From a virus (lineage: Duplodnaviria > Caudoviricetes): a DNA stretch of 30,986 nucleotides. The translations under genes were made by a program, and so were the position numbers. Below, piece after piece: positions 1 through 9,046 of the stretch (positions are counted from its first letter, which is position 1; each line of letters begins with the position of its first letter). A model generated the notes under the pieces. That model made no database searches and was not told the DNA's origin. It worked only from the letters and a program-made list of their open reading frames with translations. The DNA is taken from positions 1 to 30,986 of the IMG/VR virus record IMGVR_UViG_3300025084_000127, one strand, 5' to 3'.

Positions 1-1
1 A

Positions 2-697
2 TTCACAGGTACACTCGACGGTAGCAAGACTCATAAGTGGGTCTTGGAAGGATTGTTTGGTGCATGTGAACAGGTTACGAAAACGGATACGCTTATCAAG
101 AAAGGATTCCTTTCCAGCTTGCGAATCAAAATCCTAGTCTGCAAGCATGACTATCAATACTTCGCTGACTTCCATGAGGAGATGGAATACATTGTAACAC
201 ATGAAAAGCGAAACAACTTAATTAAAAATATTGTTAACGACATAGAAGGCAACACATTAGTTCTCTTTAACTATGTGGAAAAACATGGTGAGCCTTTATA
301 TGAGTTAATAAATAATTACATCAGTGACGACAGATCTGTATTCTTCGTCCATGGTGGTACTGATACCGAAGATAGGGAACAAGTAAGAGCAATTACAGAA
401 TGCGAATCTAACGCTGTCATCATAGCATCTTACGGTACGTTTTCCACAGGCATCAACATTAAAAAATTACACAACATCGTATTTGCTTCTCCATCCAAAT
501 CTAGAGTTAGAAACCTACAATCTATTGGTAGAGTTCTACGTAAAGGAGATGGGAAAGATATTGCAACCTTATATGATATCGCTGATGATATCTCTGGACG
601 TAACTATAACTACACTTTAAAACATCTTATTGAAAGGATTGCAATATATCAAGAAGAGAACTTTAAGTACGAAACTATAAACATAGACTTAAGGTAA
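2..697 (+). CDS. uvsW: UvsW SF2 DNA helicase, C-terminal part (5' truncated)
   Basis: Frame is open from base 2 (FTGTLDGSKTHKWVLEGLFG). SF2 motifs ASYGTFSTGINI and LQSIGRVLR. Upstream of g55 as in T4-like cyanophages. Confidence 0.95.
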   Translation, partial: FTGTLDGSKTHKWVLEGLFGACEQVTKTDTLIKKGFLSSLRIKILVCKHDYQYFADFHEEMEYIVTHEKRNNLIKNIVNDIEGNTLVLFNYVEKHGEPLYELINNYISDDRSVFFVHGGTDTEDREQVRAITECESNAVIIASYGTFSTGINIKKLHNIVFASPSKSRVRNLQSIGRVLRKGDGKDIATLYDIADDISGRNYNYTLKHLIERIAIYQEENFKYETINIDLR

Positions 698-700
698 AGA

Positions 701-1087
701 ATGGAAGAAGAATTTTATGCAACGTTAAAGCTAACATCAAATGAAGAACTACTTGCTAAAGTATGTTATCTAACTGAAGAAGAATGTCTGCTTGTGGAAA
801 AACCCTTGCTGGTTACTCGTGCCACTCAAAAGAAAAGTGGTAGGCTTGTGGAAGGATTCTCATTAAGTGACTGGGTGATGTCTTCTTATGAAGAACTATA
901 CGTTGTAAAGATGGAACAAGTAGTAACCATTACTGAAATGGATAAGAAGATAAAAGGATTCTACATCAGTCACTTATCTAAAGAAGATGATGATGTATCT
1001 ACAGATAAGATGTCAAAAGAAATGGGGTATCTAGGATCAGTAACAGATCAAAAAAGTAAATTAGAAGATCTATTTAATAAAAGCTAG
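701..1087 (+). CDS. Conserved cyanophage hypothetical protein, probable Sm-like fold
   Basis: 128-aa ORF 3 nt after uvsW. Pattern LKLTSNEELLAKV...P...W...VVTITE is shared with other small ORFs in the window. Confidence 0.75.
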   Translation: MEEEFYATLKLTSNEELLAKVCYLTEEECLLVEKPLLVTRATQKKSGRLVEGFSLSDWVMSSYEELYVVKMEQVVTITEMDKKIKGFYISHLSKEDDDVSTDKMSKEMGYLGSVTDQKSKLEDLFNKS

Positions 1088-1114
1088 TATGTCTCTGGAA
1101 CCCTTAACAGAGTT

Positions 1115-1143
1115 ATTCTATAGGTGTTAGGTGTATTTGTCAA
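1115..1143 (-). promoter_or_regulatory. Sigma70-type promoter on the minus strand (antisense to the 701 ORF and uvsW)
   Basis: Reverse complement reads TTGACA-17 nt-TAGAAT. Confidence 0.6.
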
Positions 1144-1164
1144 GCCCTGTGGAAAACTATTGAC

Positions 1165-1193
1165 TTGACACCAAAACAAATTTGTAGTATACT
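1165..1193 (+). promoter_or_regulatory. Sigma70-type promoter for g55
   Basis: TTGACA (1165-1170), 17-nt spacer, TATACT (1188-1193). Confidence 0.8.
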
Positions 1194-1214
1194 AGTTAAA
1201 GCAAACAGAAAATT

Positions 1215-1709
1215 ATGGTAAGAAAGCCAAAAACCGAATACTATGTAAATAACAAAGAGTTTTTGGAAGCCCTTGTTGCCTATAAGTTTCGTGTTAATAG
1301 AGCAAAGGATGCTGGAGACAGTAGACCTATCGTCCCCAATTATGTTGGTGAGTGTTTCCTTAAGATCGCTACACACCTATCATACAAACCAAACTTTGTC
1401 AACTACATGTTCCGTGAGGACATGATCTGTGACGGCATTGAGAATTGCCTACAGTATATTGACAACTTCAATCCAGAGAAGTCTTCCAATCCGTTTGCTT
1501 ACTTCACACAAATTATCTACTATGCTTTCCTTCGCCGTATTCAAAAGGAGAAACGTCAGCTAGAGATCAAGAGTAAAATCCTAGAGAAGTCTGGTCACCA
1601 GGAGATCATGCACACTGATACGTATGATGGTGACATGGCAGGGATGAATGCTTCCTACTCTGACATGGGTAGTATTAAAGAAAACATCGAAACTAGAATG
1701 AACAGATGA
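1215..1709 (+). CDS. g55: Late transcription sigma factor gp55
   Basis: YVNNKEFL, IATHLSYKPNFVNY, DMICDGIENC, NPFAYFTQIIYYAFLRRIQKEK are characteristic of gp55. Confidence 0.96.
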   Translation: MVRKPKTEYYVNNKEFLEALVAYKFRVNRAKDAGDSRPIVPNYVGECFLKIATHLSYKPNFVNYMFREDMICDGIENCLQYIDNFNPEKSSNPFAYFTQIIYYAFLRRIQKEKRQLEIKSKILEKSGHQEIMHTDTYDGDMAGMNASYSDMGSIKENIETRMNR

Positions 1710-2749
1710 CAGTAGCACTTATTACAGATCAACATTTGGATGGTCGTAAAGGTTCTCTGGTATTCTGGAATTACTTCAGAAAGTTCTACGATGATGTGTT
1801 CTTCCCTACGCTAGAGAAGAAAGGTATTACAGAGATCATCGATCTAGGTGATACGTTTGATAACCGTAAAGCCATTGACTTCAATGTCTGGAATCGAATC
1901 CGTACTCACTACTTCGATAGACTGAATGAGATGGGCATCACAGTCCACACCATTCTGGGTAATCACTGTGTGTATTACAAGAATACAAACTCTATCAACT
2001 CTCCTGATCTGCTGCTAGGTGACTATGATAATATTCGTGTCTACGATGAGACTTGTACTGTTACTATTGAGGGTACGAAAATTTGTTTTGTCCCTTGGAT
2101 CAATAGGGAGAACGAAGAAGCGACAATGGAGCATCTCAAAAATACAGATGCAAAAATAGTCATGGGTCATCTTGAGCTTGATGGGTTTGAAGTAACTCCA
2201 GGCATGAAGATGGAGCATGGTATGGATCCCACGATCTATAAGAACTTTAAGCAAGTCTTCTCTGGTCACTTCCATCACAAGTCAACTAGAGGTAACATCA
2301 CATACCTCGGCAATCCTTACCAGATGTTCTGGAATGATTATGCTGACATCAGAGGATTTCATCTGTATGAACCAGCATCTAACAAGTTGCGTATGGTCAA
2401 GAACCCATATGAAATTTTTAAGAAAGTATACTACAACGATGTAGATAAGGACATGGTTCTGGATTACACCCAGTTCAAAGATACGTTTATCAAAGTCATT
2501 GTTGAAGAGAAACGTGACTACTACAAGTTTGAAAAAATGATTGACCAGTTGTATAACTCTGGCGCTCATGACATCAAAATTGTAGAGACTTTAGTTGACG
2601 AAGATAATGTAGAAGAACCAGATCTAGAAGTAAAAGATACATTGACATTACTCAACGAGTATATCGATGAGGTAGAAATGTCCGTAGAGAAATCTGACCT
2701 GAAGAAACTGATGAGATCCCTATATATTGAGAGCTGTGAAATGGTGTGA
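1706..2749 (+). CDS. g47: Recombination endonuclease subunit gp47 (Mre11/SbcD-like)
   Basis: Metallophosphoesterase motifs TDQH, GDTFD, GNH, GHLE, SGHFH. Confidence 0.95.
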   Translation: MTVALITDQHLDGRKGSLVFWNYFRKFYDDVFFPTLEKKGITEIIDLGDTFDNRKAIDFNVWNRIRTHYFDRLNEMGITVHTILGNHCVYYKNTNSINSPDLLLGDYDNIRVYDETCTVTIEGTKICFVPWINRENEEATMEHLKNTDAKIVMGHLELDGFEVTPGMKMEHGMDPTIYKNFKQVFSGHFHHKSTRGNITYLGNPYQMFWNDYADIRGFHLYEPASNKLRMVKNPYEIFKKVYYNDVDKDMVLDYTQFKDTFIKVIVEEKRDYYKFEKMIDQLYNSGAHDIKIVETLVDEDNVEEPDLEVKDTLTLLNEYIDEVEMSVEKSDLKKLMRSLYIESCEMV

Positions 2750-3018
2750 TGTCTTTCATCTTAACTCTCAAAGATTTACCAGAGGGAGTTTTCTCTGTTG
2801 TAGATAAAGACACAGGAGATCATGTCATCCCTATCTTTGATGACAGAGATGACTGTGAACGATATGCCGAACAACTATCTGATTCAAGCTCACAATTAGA
2901 TTTGCAGATGGTTCAGATTGAGAAACAACTAATTGTTTTTGCTTGCGAGCAGCGAGAGCAAAGATATGCTATAATCACTATAGACGACTTCATCATACCA
3001 CCTGACGACTTAACATGA
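2749..3018 (+). CDS. Hypothetical protein (DUF3110-like)
   Basis: Overlaps both neighbours' start/stop codons. EGVFSV...IFDDRDDCERYA resembles cyanobacterial DUF3110. Confidence 0.65.
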   Translation: MSFILTLKDLPEGVFSVVDKDTGDHVIPIFDDRDDCERYAEQLSDSSSQLDLQMVQIEKQLIVFACEQREQRYAIITIDDFIIPPDDLT

Positions 3019-4745
3019 TTACGTTTGAAAAAGTTCGCTGGAAGAATTTTCTTTCTACTGGCAACACATATACTGAAGTCGATCTGACCGCTAGTAAGAC
3101 TAACCTTATTATTGGCACGAACGGAGCTGGTAAGAGTACCATCTTGGATGCTCTTACCTTTTCTTTGTTTGGCAAACCTTTTCGTAAGGTCAACAAACCG
3201 ATGCTGGTCAACAGTGTCAACGAAAAAGATTGCTTGGTTGAGATTGAATTCACTACAGGACCAAATCAATTTCTTGTTAAGCGTGGTATCAAACCAGGTG
3301 TGTTTGAGATTTGGCAGAACGGAGCTATGCTAGATCAATCCAGTAATGTTTCTGACTATCAGAAGCACCTGGAGCAAAATATTTTGAAGATGAACTATAA
3401 GTCGTTCACTCAAATTGTTGTGTTAGGTTCGTCTACGTTCGTTCCTTTCATGCGTTTACCTCTAGCACAACGTAGAGAAATTATTGAAGACATCTTGGAT
3501 ATTCAGATCTTTTCTGTGATGAACACAGCACTGAAAGATAAGATGAAAGCTTCTAACGAAGAGATGCGTGACGTTGACTATAACGTTGACATGGCAGAGC
3601 AAAAGATTTCTATGCAACGTCAGATGATCGAGCAACTATCTACTCGTGACGAAGCAAATATTAAAGAGAAACAAGAACGTATTGAAGAATTGTTGGTAGA
3701 AGAAGAAACCTGTCAACGATCCATATCTATACTAGGTGAAGAATACGAAAGACTTTGTGAAGATATGACAAGTCTTTCATCAGCAAATAAAAAACTGATA
3801 ACTTTAAATAACCTGAAAGGAAAACTAACAAACAAGTTTTCTACCTACAAGAAACAACATGAGTTTTTTGCTGACAATGATACATGTCCTACGTGTAGTC
3901 AATCAATCACACAAGAGTTGAAAGAACAAAAAACCAACGAGATTACTTTAAAGTATAAAGAACTTGTCTCGGCAATTGAAGAGATTCACTCTAACATCGA
4001 AGACGAACAGTCAAGAGACCAGCAGCACACTGCAAAAAATCAAGAGTTGAGTGAGGTTCAGCAGAAGATTGCTGGTCACAATGCTACTGTTAATCGTATC
4101 CATAAGAACGTCAAGCAGCTCTTTTTGGATGTAGAAACATTACAAAATTCCAAGGATGATAAGTCTGAAGAGTATGAGAAGTTAAAATATCTACAGAAGG
4201 AACATGATGATCTGAAAAAACAGATCGCAGTTGTCAAGAAAGAAAGAAATACTTTACTTGCAGCTGGTCAATTACTTAAAGATAATGGTATTAAAACTAG
4301 AATCATTAAAAGATATCTGCCAGTGATGAATAAACTCATCAATCAATATCTCCAGAACATGGACTTCTACATTAACTTCGCACTAAATGACAGTTTTGAA
4401 GAAACCATCAAGTCACGGTTCAGGGATATCTTTTCCTACGAATCTTTCTCGGAAGGAGAGAAAGCTCGTATTGATATCGCTCTGCTGCTTACTTGGCGTA
4501 GCATTGCTAAACTTAAGAATAGTGTGGATACTAACATCTTGATCCTGGATGAGATCTTTGATGGATCTCTTGACAACAATGGTACAGGAGAACTTGGGTG
4601 GATACTACGCAACTTTGATGACAATACAAACGTCTTTGTCATCAGTCATAAGGAGAGTTTGGAAGGAAAGTTCGACCGAACACTCACCGCAATCAAAGAA
4701 AAGAACTTCAGCATCATGCAGGAGACACTTTCTGAAGCGGCATAG
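3015..4745 (+). CDS. g46: Recombination endonuclease ATPase subunit gp46 (Rad50/SbcC-like)
   Basis: Walker A GTNGAGKS, zinc hook CPTC, coiled coils, signature FSEGE, Walker B LILDE. Confidence 0.96.
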   Translation: MITFEKVRWKNFLSTGNTYTEVDLTASKTNLIIGTNGAGKSTILDALTFSLFGKPFRKVNKPMLVNSVNEKDCLVEIEFTTGPNQFLVKRGIKPGVFEIWQNGAMLDQSSNVSDYQKHLEQNILKMNYKSFTQIVVLGSSTFVPFMRLPLAQRREIIEDILDIQIFSVMNTALKDKMKASNEEMRDVDYNVDMAEQKISMQRQMIEQLSTRDEANIKEKQERIEELLVEEETCQRSISILGEEYERLCEDMTSLSSANKKLITLNNLKGKLTNKFSTYKKQHEFFADNDTCPTCSQSITQELKEQKTNEITLKYKELVSAIEEIHSNIEDEQSRDQQHTAKNQELSEVQQKIAGHNATVNRIHKNVKQLFLDVETLQNSKDDKSEEYEKLKYLQKEHDDLKKQIAVVKKERNTLLAAGQLLKDNGIKTRIIKRYLPVMNKLINQYLQNMDFYINFALNDSFEETIKSRFRDIFSYESFSEGEKARIDIALLLTWRSIAKLKNSVDTNILILDEIFDGSLDNNGTGELGWILRNFDDNTNVFVISHKESLEGKFDRTLTAIKEKNFSIMQETLSEAA

Positions 4746-4770
4746 GGGGGTCTTCGGACCCTCTTTTTTT
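4746..4770 (+). terminator. Intrinsic terminator with UUCG tetraloop after g46
   Basis: GGGGGTC-TTCG-GACCCTC followed by T7. Confidence 0.85.
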
Positions 4771-4802
4771 GTATATAATATGTGCATCACCGCAAGAGAC
4801 CG

Positions 4803-6911
4803 ATGAACACTGCAGAAATCAAAGGTAACCTCGCTCGTCTGTTGGCTACAGAGAACCTTATCGTTGAGCACCGTAAGGTCTCTACTGCATGTTTTAATAC
4901 AGAGACTCGTGTGCTCACCCTGCCCCTCTGGAACGCCTCTAACAGCGTCTATGACCTGCTTGTAGGGCACGAGGTAGGACATGCTCTCTACACGCCTAAC
5001 ATCGACTGGTGGGAGGTTGCGAAGGTGCCTAAAGATTATGTCAACGTGGTGGAAGATGCTCGTATTGAGAAACTGATGAAGAGAAAGTATCCTGGATTGT
5101 CCAAGACTTTCTTCAAAGGATACCAAGAACTTGATAATGATGACTTCTTTAATGTCAATGATGAAGAACTAGAAAACATTTCTTTCATCGACCGTATCAA
5201 TCTCCACTGCAAGATTGGTGCTTTCTCTGCCATGCCTTTCAATGATGAAGAGCGTGTGATGGTCAAGGAAGTAGAAAACTGTGAGACTTTTGATGATGTA
5301 ATTGCTGTTTGTCAGAAAATTTATGAGTATTCTCAACAGGAAAAGCATGAGGATACTCCTGCTGCTGTGTCTGCACAAGGTACTACAGAACAGGTTGATG
5401 AATCATCAGAGTCTAAACCAGAGAATGATGAAACAACTGATAGCGGACAACCTGTGCAGCAAGATGGTGATGAGGGTGAACAGCTAGATGGAGATATTGC
5501 TGCTGGTGGAAGTGCTGGTGGTGATACTGCTGAAACACAACGCGCCTTTGATGAAAACATAAAGGACTTAACTGATACTGCTCCATACTTCAGAGATCCT
5601 GTGTATGTAGAGATTCCCAAGATCAATATTGAAAACATCATTGTGGACCAGGCAGTGCTTCAAAAACATATTGATGCTCATTATGGATGCCGTGATCACA
5701 AACGTTATGACAATCCTCTAGAATTTGCTGACAACAGTTTTGAGCTGTTTAAAAAAGATTCACAGAAGGAAGTCAACTACCTAGTCAAAGAGTTTGAATG
5801 TAAGAAAGCAGCAGACTCTCATGCTCGCACATCAACTGCACGTACTGGTGTTCTTGACTGTGCCAAGCTTCATACTTACAAGTACAATGAAGATCTATTC
5901 AAGAAAATTTCTGTAATTCCTGATGGCAAGAATCATGGAATGATCTTTATCCTTGACTGGTCTGGATCTATGGCAAACTATTTGCAAGATACAATCAAGC
6001 AATTGTTGTCTCTGGTTATGTTCTGTCGTAAGGTAAACATTCCTTTTGAGGTCTATGCTTTCACTTATGAATGGAACAATCGTTTTCTCGATCCTGAAGA
6101 GCATGACTATGATCCAGATGCAGTACAAGAAAGGTGCGTTCGTGAAGAAAATAAATTCATGTTCCATAAACGATTCTCTCTTCTGAATTTGTTGTCATCT
6201 CGTGCAAACAGTAAGAACTTTGATCGTCAGTGCCGTAACATCTTTCGCATCGGTTTCTTCATGAACTCCTATGGTGTAGCTACACCTCCTGGTATTGACT
6301 TGAGTGGTACACCTCTCAATGAATCTATTATTTCGATGCACGAAATCATTCCCATGTTCAAAAAAATGACTGGGGTTCAAAAGATCAACACTGTAATTTT
6401 GACTGACGGTGAGTCAAACAATATCAGCTACAATGTTACTATTGGTGCTGGTAGTGAGTACACTTACTGGGGTCAACGTGCTGTTGATGGTGATGTTCGC
6501 CTTCGTGATCGTAAGACAGGTAATGTTTATAGGCGGTGTGGATCTAACTACAATGATTGTATCACTACAATTTTGCTTGAGAACCTATGTCATAACTTCC
6601 CTGAAGTAAACTTCCTTGGATTCAGAATCTTGACTGGTAATGATTTTTCTTACCTCTATCGGAATACATACAATCAACCTGCTGATAGTGTTCTTAAAAA
6701 ATGGAGGAAAGATAAGTCCTTTGTGTTTGAGAAACAACTTGGATACAGTTCCCTGTACCTAATTGCATCTACTTCAATTAATAAATCATCCGACTTTGAA
6801 GTTTCTGATGATGCTACTAAAGCACAGATTGCTAAAGCATTTAAGAGTATGTTGAAAGCAAAGACCACGAACAAGAAAATCCTTTCTTCCTTTGTCGATA
6901 TGGTCGCTTAA
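4803..6911 (+). CDS. Metallopeptidase-like (HExxH) plus vWA/MIDAS protein (CobT-like partner of the adjacent AAA+ ATPase)
   Basis: GHEVGH and NVVEDARIE near the N-terminus, an acidic linker, then MIDAS elements LDWSGSM, SGTPL, LTDGE. Confidence 0.85.
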   Translation: MNTAEIKGNLARLLATENLIVEHRKVSTACFNTETRVLTLPLWNASNSVYDLLVGHEVGHALYTPNIDWWEVAKVPKDYVNVVEDARIEKLMKRKYPGLSKTFFKGYQELDNDDFFNVNDEELENISFIDRINLHCKIGAFSAMPFNDEERVMVKEVENCETFDDVIAVCQKIYEYSQQEKHEDTPAAVSAQGTTEQVDESSESKPENDETTDSGQPVQQDGDEGEQLDGDIAAGGSAGGDTAETQRAFDENIKDLTDTAPYFRDPVYVEIPKINIENIIVDQAVLQKHIDAHYGCRDHKRYDNPLEFADNSFELFKKDSQKEVNYLVKEFECKKAADSHARTSTARTGVLDCAKLHTYKYNEDLFKKISVIPDGKNHGMIFILDWSGSMANYLQDTIKQLLSLVMFCRKVNIPFEVYAFTYEWNNRFLDPEEHDYDPDAVQERCVREENKFMFHKRFSLLNLLSSRANSKNFDRQCRNIFRIGFFMNSYGVATPPGIDLSGTPLNESIISMHEIIPMFKKMTGVQKINTVILTDGESNNISYNVTIGAGSEYTYWGQRAVDGDVRLRDRKTGNVYRRCGSNYNDCITTILLENLCHNFPEVNFLGFRILTGNDFSYLYRNTYNQPADSVLKKWRKDKSFVFEKQLGYSSLYLIASTSINKSSDFEVSDDATKAQIAKAFKSMLKAKTTNKKILSSFVDMVA

Positions 6912-6913
6912 CT

Positions 6914-6958
6914 AACTGTCCACTGCCCCCTGGTCTTGGGGGTATCCTGCCCTATAAT
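6914..6958 (+). promoter_or_regulatory. Putative phage early-type promoter (AACTGTCCAC box, inverted repeat, TATAAT)
   Basis: AACTGTCCAC 6914-6923, TGCCCCC/GGGGGTA inverted repeat, TATAAT 6953-6958. No good -35. Confidence 0.6.
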
Positions 6959-6980
6959 TAATCCATCAACAAAAAAGACA

Positions 6981-8036
6981 ATGCCTCGTTCCGCTAACAT
7001 CGATCCCAACGCACTTCAGCAGTTTTTCTCTGACAACTATGGCAATGAGTTTGATAGTCAAGCAGTTCTGAAAGCTGCGGATCAGTTTGGTGTTTCTTAC
7101 CCTACCATTTGCAAGCGTCTTGAGAAGTACAAAGTTAGTTACGGTAAGTGGAGTCTCACTGCCGAGCAACTAGAGCAAACCTATCAGGCACCTACTGCAC
7201 AACCTGCTATTGAACTAAATCTTATTCCTGAAAAAGATGATTCCTTCATCCAGTTTGGTGATTTTGCTGATATCAAAAAAATTATTAAGTCCCGTATTTT
7301 TTATCCTACGTTTATCACGGGTCTCTCTGGTAATGGCAAAACGTTTTGTGTCGAACAAGCGTGTGCTCAACTTGGCAGAGAACTCATCCGTGTCAACATC
7401 ACAGTAGAAACTGATGAAGATGATCTTATTGGCGGTTTCCGTCTGGTTGATGGTAATACTGTCTGGCACAATGGTCCTGTCATTGAAGCTCTTGAGCGTG
7501 GTGCTGTTCTCCTTCTGGATGAAATCGATTTGGCATCCAACAAAATCCTTTGTCTCCAATCTATTCTTGAGGGTAAGGGTATCTTCTTGAAGAAGATTGG
7601 TAAGTTTGTTCAACCTACAGAAGGATTTACCGTTCTTGCTACTGCCAACACCAAGGGTAAGGGTTCTGATGACGGTCGTTTTATTGGTACTAACGTATTG
7701 AATGAAGCATTCCTTGAGCGTTTCTGTGTCACCTTCGAGCAAGAGTATCCTACTCCTGCTGTTGAGTCCAAGATTCTTTTGAAACTCTGTGATGATGCAC
7801 AGTTCGTTGAAAAACTAGTAGACTGGGCAGACATCATTCGCAAGACTTTCAAAGATGGTGGTATTGATGAGGTTATCAGCACCCGTCGCCTGGTCCACAT
7901 TGTACAAGCCTACAAGATCTTTGGTAAGCGTATGAAGTCTATCCAAGTTTGTACCAATCGTTTTGACGAAGAAACTAAAACATCATTCATTGAACTCTAT
8001 GACAAAATTGATGAGAATGTAGACTGTGAAGAATAA
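6981..8036 (+). CDS. cobS: CobS-like MoxR-type AAA+ ATPase
   Basis: Walker A GLSGNGKT, Walker B LLLDEID, ATANTKG, NEAFLERF, ISTRRL. Confidence 0.9.
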   Translation: MPRSANIDPNALQQFFSDNYGNEFDSQAVLKAADQFGVSYPTICKRLEKYKVSYGKWSLTAEQLEQTYQAPTAQPAIELNLIPEKDDSFIQFGDFADIKKIIKSRIFYPTFITGLSGNGKTFCVEQACAQLGRELIRVNITVETDEDDLIGGFRLVDGNTVWHNGPVIEALERGAVLLLDEIDLASNKILCLQSILEGKGIFLKKIGKFVQPTEGFTVLATANTKGKGSDDGRFIGTNVLNEAFLERFCVTFEQEYPTPAVESKILLKLCDDAQFVEKLVDWADIIRKTFKDGGIDEVISTRRLVHIVQAYKIFGKRMKSIQVCTNRFDEETKTSFIELYDKIDENVDCEE

Positions 8037-8041
8037 ACCAC

Positions 8042-8070
8042 TTGACGTATCCTTACATGGATGCTATCAT
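8042..8070 (+). promoter_or_regulatory. Sigma70-type promoter upstream of the clamp/clamp-loader operon
   Basis: TTGACG, 17-nt spacer ending in TGC (extended -10), TATCAT. Confidence 0.75.
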
Positions 8071-8096
8071 AACAAATTGAGGTACATCAACCAAGC

Positions 8097-8384
8097 ATGT
8101 CTTTGAAATACAATGAAGAAGCTCTTCTTCAAGAGCTACGTGATTACATTACTGGAACTTATGGACAACACTATTCAGCAGGCAATGATGCAATTCAGAC
8201 GTTAGATCTGATTGAAGCCTGTGGAGATGCAGAAGCATTCTGTCGCAGCAACATTCTAAAGTATGCTTCGCGGTATGATAAGAAAGGAACTGCCCGTCGT
8301 GACATCATCAAGATCCTTCACTACGGTCTTCTCCTTCTCCACTTCTCCGACAAAAGTAACATTACTGAATCATATCCTCAATGA
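8097..8384 (+). CDS. DUF3310-like hypothetical protein
   Basis: HY...QTLDLI...FCRSNILKYASRYDKKG...DIIKILHY pattern. RBS GAGG upstream. Confidence 0.75.
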   Translation: MSLKYNEEALLQELRDYITGTYGQHYSAGNDAIQTLDLIEACGDAEAFCRSNILKYASRYDKKGTARRDIIKILHYGLLLLHFSDKSNITESYPQ

Positions 8385-9046
8385 GCAAACTCATTTTATC
8401 TAATGACACTCACGCAATCCTAAAGAACTTTGCTACAATCAATAGTTCTATTATGATTCGTCAGGGTAATACTCTGAAGACTATCAGCGTGGGTGAGAAC
8501 TCTATTGCAGAGTTCAACTGTGAAGAGACTTTTCCACAGAGTTTTGGCATCTATGACCTGTCGGAGTTTCTGACTGGTATGAGTTTGTTCGACTCTCCTG
8601 TTCTGGAGTTTGCAGAGCAACATGTCAATATTATTGGCAATGGTCGCAAGGCACGTTACTACTTCTCCAACCCAGAGATCACTCTCAAGGCAGCACCTGA
8701 AAAGAATGTAAAGTTCCCTGGTGCTGATATTGAGTTTAATATTTCTGCTGAAGATATTAAAGCTTTGAAGACTGCCAGCACGGTGTACAGTCTGCCAGAT
8801 CTATCATTTACTTCTGATGGTGATGGCAACATTGCAATCAAGCTCTTCAACAAAGAAGATGCTACTAGCAATGTATACGAGCAGACTGTAACTGGTAACT
8901 CTACAGGCATTCATAATCTTTGTATGAAGATGGATAACCTCCGACTTCACAATGGTGATTATCATGTAGAAGTTTCCCAGAAACTAGTGAGCATGTGGAA
9001 GCATCAACGTCTCGACTTGAAGTATTTTATTGCACTTGAACCTTGA
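8381..9046 (+). CDS. g45: Sliding clamp gp45
   Basis: LKNFATINSSI, FGIYDLSEFL, C-terminal YFIALEP. Confidence 0.95.
   Translation: MSKLILSNDTHAILKNFATINSSIMIRQGNTLKTISVGENSIAEFNCEETFPQSFGIYDLSEFLTGMSLFDSPVLEFAEQHVNIIGNGRKARYYFSNPEITLKAAPEKNVKFPGADIEFNISAEDIKALKTASTVYSLPDLSFTSDGDGNIAIKLFNKEDATSNVYEQTVTGNSTGIHNLCMKMDNLRLHNGDYHVEVSQKLVSMWKHQRLDLKYFIALEP

Noticed and set aside
5335-5540. Acidic low-complexity stretch in the peptidase/vWA gene
   Set aside because: Ordinary interdomain linker with no nucleotide-level tandem repeat.
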